DNA from: Candidatus Multivoradales bacterium | GTDB taxonomy: Bacteria > Acidobacteriota > Thermoanaerobaculia > Multivoradales > Multivoraceae | Direction: 5' to 3' | DNA length: 64,000 nt | Assembly (NCBI GenBank): GCA_965223325.1 | Contig: CBDCWI010000002.1 | Coordinates: 1,952,001-2,016,000, forward strand | In this document: in pieces, positions 59,938 to 64,000 of the stretch | Position numbering within the stretch: position 1 is the stretch's first letter | Layout of the letters: each line of letters starts with the position of its first letter | The notes under the pieces: generated by a model | Database searches by the model: none | Seen by the model: only the letters and a program-made list of their open reading frames with translations | Told to the model about the DNA's origin: nothing | Made by a program: the position numbers and the translations under genes

Positions 59938-60828
59938 ATGTCACAGCGTGATCAAGGACAAAGGAGACACCGTCGCGTCGGCGACTTCGTCCGTTCCGGA
60001 GACTGGAGCGACTACTGGACGACTCGAATCAGCAAGGCCGAGGCCGGTCGAATCTGGGTGCGCGGCTATCCGGTGGAAGAGCTGATCGAGGAGCTGTCCT
60101 ACACCGAGTCGGCGCTTCTCCTCCTTCAGGGTGAGGTGCCAAGCGAACGAGAGGCTGCCCTTTTCGACCTTGCGCTGCGCAGCGGAATGGACCAGCAGTT
60201 CATCAGCGCCGCCGCCGGTGCCGCCCGTTTCACCGCCTCGGCGTTCCCCGATTCGGCGGTGCCGGGTCTGGCCTCTGGCATGTTGGCCACCGGTTCGGTA
60301 ACCGGCTCTCCTCGAGAGCCCGCCGAGATGCTGATCGAAGCGCTCACTCTCCAGTCTGAAAGAGAGCTGGAACAAAAAGACGCCGTCCGTCAGACGATCG
60401 CCATCTGGCTCGACCGGCGCGGCGCCGTTCCGGGCTTCGGCCACCCGGTGCACAAGGAGGCCGAGCCACGCGCCGCCACCGTGCGACGCCTGGCGCTCGA
60501 GCTCGAGGGGTGGCGCGAGCACGGCCTCATGCTCGATGCCATCGAGAAGGAGCTGGCACGAGAGAAGGGACGACCCATTCCAATCAACCTGGCAGGCGCA
60601 ATCGGAGCCGTGTTGGCCGACCTGGGTCTCGATCCCCTAGCGATCGGGGGCCTCGGCGCTCTCAGCTACGGCATGTCGATTCTCGCGCACGTCGTCGAGG
60701 AGATCCGTGAAGGGGTCCCTCTGCGCATCATCCCGGCCGAGCTCGGCGCCAGCTACGTGGGCGTCGGCGAACGACACCTCGACGAACGCCAGCGCCACCG
60801 GCGCTCGAAAGGAGAGGACCAGGGATGA
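59938..60828 (+). CDS. Citrate synthase/citryl-CoA lyase-fold protein with divergent active site
   Basis: WTTRIS...IWVRGY..EELI, VPGFGHPVH..EPR, IPIN, LAH..EE. Alternative TTG start at 59917. Confidence 0.78.
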   Translation: MSQRDQGQRRHRRVGDFVRSGDWSDYWTTRISKAEAGRIWVRGYPVEELIEELSYTESALLLLQGEVPSEREAALFDLALRSGMDQQFISAAAGAARFTASAFPDSAVPGLASGMLATGSVTGSPREPAEMLIEALTLQSERELEQKDAVRQTIAIWLDRRGAVPGFGHPVHKEAEPRAATVRRLALELEGWREHGLMLDAIEKELAREKGRPIPINLAGAIGAVLADLGLDPLAIGGLGALSYGMSILAHVVEEIREGVPLRIIPAELGASYVGVGERHLDERQRHRRSKGEDQG

Positions 60829-62381
60829 TCCACCCCTATTCTCACTATCCCGCACGCGCCCGGCAGCGCACACCGGACGCCATTGCTCTCGTCGATGGCG
60901 CGCGCACAACGACCTTCGCCGAACTCGACCAACGTGCCACGAAGCTTGCCCACGTGCTCATCGACGCGGGGCTCGAGCCCGGAGACCGCGTCGCTGTCGT
61001 CCAGGAGAACAGCACCGCCTACGTCGAAACGGTGATCGCCATCGCACGAGCCGGCGGGGTGCTGGTGCCAATGCTCGGCGCACTGACCGAGCGCGAGCAC
61101 GGCTTCATGGTGAGCGACTCCGATGCGCGCTTCGTGGTCGCGCTCGGCGAGCGCACCGTACGGCGGGCCGAGGCAGTCGCCCAGGGCAGGAGCGTGCTGG
61201 CCTTCGACGGCAGCCGAGCGGAGCGAGATCTCGGTGCACTCCTCGAGAGCGCATCGACCGCGACCGTGACCGTAGATCGACAACCGAGCTCTCTCGCCCA
61301 GATTCTCTACACCTCGGGCACCACTGGCCACCCCAAGGGAGTCACCCATAGCTACGCCAGCGTCTCGGCGGCGATGGGAGCCTGGGCCACTCTCTTTCAT
61401 CTCACCCCCGAGGACCGTCTCCTCGGCCAACTCGCCCTCAGCCACTTCGGCGGTCGCGCGATGGACAGCTGCTGGGTGGCGGGTTCGAGGCTGGTGATTC
61501 TGCCCGAGGCCGACCCTGAGGTCATGCTCGAAACCATCGCGGCCGAACGCATCACCATGATCCTGGTCGTTCCGACCTTGTTGCGCATGCTGCTCGATCA
61601 CCCCGCAGCGGCCGACGCCGATCTATCGAGCCTGCGGGTCGTCCTCTACGCTGCCTCGCCGGCGGCGCCCTCACTGGTCCGTCGAGCGATCGAGCGCCTG
61701 GGAGACGTGCTCTACACCGGCTACGGGCAAACAGAAGCCTACGGCCTCAACACCACGATGTCGCCCGGCGAGCATCGAGAGGCACTCGAAACACAAAACG
61801 CACGGCTGACGTCGGTGGGCCGCGAGTGCGACACCTTCGCGCAGGTGCGCATTCGAGGACAGGACGGCGCCGAGGTGGCGGCAGGTGAGGTCGGAGAGAT
61901 CTGCCTCAGTGCACCATGGGTGACACCCGGCTTCTGGAATCGACCCGACCTCGACGAACTGCGACTGTCCGGCGGCTGGCTACGCACCGGTGACCTCGGA
62001 CGCGTCGGCGAAGAAGGCTACATCTACCTGGCCGATCGCAAAGAAGACATGATCATCACCGGCGGCTACAACGTCTACCCCGCCGAAGTCGAGGCCGTGC
62101 TCTCGGAGCATCCGGCGATCGCCGAGTGTGCCGCCTTCTCTGTGCCGAGCGCGCAGTGGGGCGAGGCCGTTCGTGCCGCCGTCTCGCTGCGACCGGAACA
62201 GACCGCCACGCCCGAGGAGATCCTCGAGTTCGCCAAGGAGCGGCTCGCCCGCTTCAAAGTTCCCAAGGCCATCGAGGTGATGAGCGAACTGCCCAAGACG
62301 CCGGTGGGCAAGATCCTGCGGCGCGCCCTGCGCGAGCCTCATTGGCAGGGCCACGACCGCGAGGTTCATGGAGCCGAGTGA
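60825..62381 (+). CDS. Acyl-CoA synthetase (AMP-forming ligase)
   Basis: YTSGTTGHPKG, YGQTE, WLRTGDLG, DRKEDMIITGGYNVYP.EVE, LPKTPVGK. Confidence 0.92.
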   Translation: MIHPYSHYPARARQRTPDAIALVDGARTTTFAELDQRATKLAHVLIDAGLEPGDRVAVVQENSTAYVETVIAIARAGGVLVPMLGALTEREHGFMVSDSDARFVVALGERTVRRAEAVAQGRSVLAFDGSRAERDLGALLESASTATVTVDRQPSSLAQILYTSGTTGHPKGVTHSYASVSAAMGAWATLFHLTPEDRLLGQLALSHFGGRAMDSCWVAGSRLVILPEADPEVMLETIAAERITMILVVPTLLRMLLDHPAAADADLSSLRVVLYAASPAAPSLVRRAIERLGDVLYTGYGQTEAYGLNTTMSPGEHREALETQNARLTSVGRECDTFAQVRIRGQDGAEVAAGEVGEICLSAPWVTPGFWNRPDLDELRLSGGWLRTGDLGRVGEEGYIYLADRKEDMIITGGYNVYPAEVEAVLSEHPAIAECAAFSVPSAQWGEAVRAAVSLRPEQTATPEEILEFAKERLARFKVPKAIEVMSELPKTPVGKILRRALREPHWQGHDREVHGAE

Positions 62382-62407
62382 GAGAGGTTGAACATGAGAA
62401 GCCGACC

Positions 62408-63469
62408 ATGAGAGCCATACGCCTCCACGAAGGCAGTGAGATGCGGGTCGAAGACGTTCCAATGCCCGAGGCCGGTGCGGGAGAAGTACTCGTTCAGGTC
62501 CAGGCGGCGGGCGTGTGCGGTACCGACCTCCATGCCGCCCACGGCCACCTGCCGGTAGCGCAGCTTCCGGTCACCATGGGCCACGAGGGAGCCGGCATCA
62601 TCAGCGCGGTCGGCCCAGGTGTCGATTCGGATCTCGAGGGCGCGCGTGTTCTGCTCCTACCCAGCGAAACCTGCGGCCAGTGCGCGGCCTGTCGGGTTGG
62701 CCATCTCGGTCTGTGCGCGAAGGCAAAGATCTTCGGCATGGCGCGCGACGGCACCTTCGCAGAAGCGATCGCCGCTCCGGCCAGTTGCGCCATCCCCTTG
62801 CCCGCATCTGTCCCCTTCGAGCACGGCGCCATTCTCGCCGACGCCGTGGCCACGGCCTGCCACGCTGTCGCCACCCGCGGCGCGATCACGGGAGGCGAGC
62901 GGGTCGCCGTCATCGGTTGCGGCGGCGTCGGCTACCACGCGATTCTGATTGCTCGGCTGCTCGGTGCCGAGAGGATCGTTGCCGTTGACGCGAGCCTTGG
63001 AGCCCTCGATCGAGCGCTCGCCGCCGGAGCCGACGTCGCCATCGACGCGCGAGACGAGGGTGCCTCCAAAGCGATCTTCCAGGCCGCCGGCAGCGGCGGA
63101 CCCCACGTCGTCATCGAGTACGTCGGCCGTGCGTCGACGGTCGAGCTGGCCCTCGGCTGCGTCGCACGTGGTGGCTCGGTCGTGGTCGGCGGTGTCGGCA
63201 TGGACGCCCCGCGCCTGCCCCCGCTGCTCTCCTTCGTCGGCCGCGAAGTCTCGCTTCTCGCGTCCATGGGCTACACGAGAGCTGAGCTCGACCAGGTCGT
63301 GGCCTGGGCCGCCTCGGGCGAGCTCGACCTGTCGAAATCGATCACCGCGCGGTATCCGCTCGAAGACGCACCGCAGGCGATCGACGACCTGGCCCATCGA
63401 CGCGGCGATCCAGTGCGCCTGGCCCTCTTTCCAAAAGAGCAGTTCGCGGAGCTACCCGGCGACCGCTAG
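62408..63469 (+). CDS. Zn-dependent alcohol dehydrogenase (MDR family)
   Basis: GVCGTDLH, GHEGAG, CGQCAAC...C, GCGGVG. Alternative GTG start at 62378. Confidence 0.9.
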   Translation: MRAIRLHEGSEMRVEDVPMPEAGAGEVLVQVQAAGVCGTDLHAAHGHLPVAQLPVTMGHEGAGIISAVGPGVDSDLEGARVLLLPSETCGQCAACRVGHLGLCAKAKIFGMARDGTFAEAIAAPASCAIPLPASVPFEHGAILADAVATACHAVATRGAITGGERVAVIGCGGVGYHAILIARLLGAERIVAVDASLGALDRALAAGADVAIDARDEGASKAIFQAAGSGGPHVVIEYVGRASTVELALGCVARGGSVVVGGVGMDAPRLPPLLSFVGREVSLLASMGYTRAELDQVVAWAASGELDLSKSITARYPLEDAPQAIDDLAHRRGDPVRLALFPKEQFAELPGDR

Positions 63470-63540
63470 GCGAGCTCGCGAGTCCACCAGCAGCCAAACA
63501 ACTTCAATCGACAACGAGCTACACCCTCAAGGAGACATCC

Positions 63541-64000
63541 ATGGCCGGTTACGAAGACAAGTACAAGCACCTTCTGCTCGAACGGCGAGAACGCGGCATC
63601 ACCATCCTGACGTTCAACCGCCCCGAGAAGAGGAACGCCGTGTCGCAGGAGGTCCACGACGAAATCGAGGACATGTTCCGTGAGATCGGCGAAGACCAGA
63701 CGATCAGCGCACTGGTCATCACCGGTGCCGGTGATGCCTTCTGTGCCGGCGGCGATGCCACCGGCATGACCAGTGGCTCGATGGTCCCGAAAGGCGCAGC
63801 AACCCCGTTTCGCTCGGTGCGCAAGCTACTCCACAGCCTACTCGAGATCGAGCAGCCCGTCATTGCCGCCGTCAACGGCCCCGCCTTTGGCCTGGGCGCC
63901 AATATCGCGCTCTTCAGCGACATCGTCATCGCCGCGGACGACGCACGCATCGCCGACAACCACGTCCGCATGGGCCTCGTCTGCGGTGATGGTGGCGTCA
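63541..64000 (+). CDS. Enoyl-CoA hydratase/isomerase family protein, truncated by the window edge
   Basis: MAGYEDKYKHLLLE...FNRPEKRNA...GAGDAFCAGGD...AAVNGPAFGLG; AAGGAG RBS. Not in the ORF track because it has no stop in the window. Confidence 0.88.
   Translation, partial: MAGYEDKYKHLLLERRERGITILTFNRPEKRNAVSQEVHDEIEDMFREIGEDQTISALVITGAGDAFCAGGDATGMTSGSMVPKGAATPFRSVRKLLHSLLEIEQPVIAAVNGPAFGLGANIALFSDIVIAADDARIADNHVRMGLVCGDGGV

Noticed and set aside
42324-60828. Complete reverse TCA cycle (PFOR + OGOR + citryl-CoA lyase)
   Set aside because: The citrate-synthase-fold gene sits in a separate acyl-CoA operon and lacks catalytic residues. No citryl-CoA synthetase, ATP-citrate lyase or fumarate reductase is in the window, so autotrophy cannot be claimed.
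1-64000. tRNA, rRNA, CRISPR array, transposase, integrase or prophage
   Set aside because: No such motifs, repeat-spacer periodicity or marked compositional island seen by eye; a covariance-model scan would be needed to exclude small RNAs.

Overview
High-GC bacterial chromosomal segment with about 45 genes. I saw no rRNA, tRNA, CRISPR array, integrase or IS element. Marker genes suggest Acidobacteriota, probably Thermoanaerobaculia-like (inference): a PadR plus duplicated orphan ABC permease pair, a DUF1501 plus DUF1549/DUF1553 cytochrome pair, and a giant secreted protein ending in FxxGFESGDxxAW. Left part: a Tat-exported FAD oxidase and PLP enzyme pair, a decayed CmcI/TylF methyltransferase locus, an L,D-transpeptidase, an APC permease, a 2341-aa surface protein, an exported ADP-ribosylglycohydrolase-family protein, a heavy-metal RND pump opposite a membrane-anchored LuxR regulator, and an SLC13 transporter. 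The most striking region is a 16.6-kb divergent ferredoxin-handling locus (36889-53525). One arm reads rnfB, a 1681-aa single-chain pyruvate:ferredoxin oxidoreductase with an extra C-terminal ferredoxin, rnfCDGEA, a small Cys-rich membrane protein and FNR. The other arm reads hemerythrin, a 2-oxoacid:ferredoxin oxidoreductase alpha/beta pair, and an apparently catalytically dead paralog of the TPP-binding half of the big PFOR. The right end is a TetR-associated acyl-CoA catabolic cluster with an Ltp2-like thiolase/DUF35 pair, an exported epoxide hydrolase, and a citrate-synthase-fold protein lacking most canonical catalytic residues. All calls come from motif reading by eye; no database searches were run.
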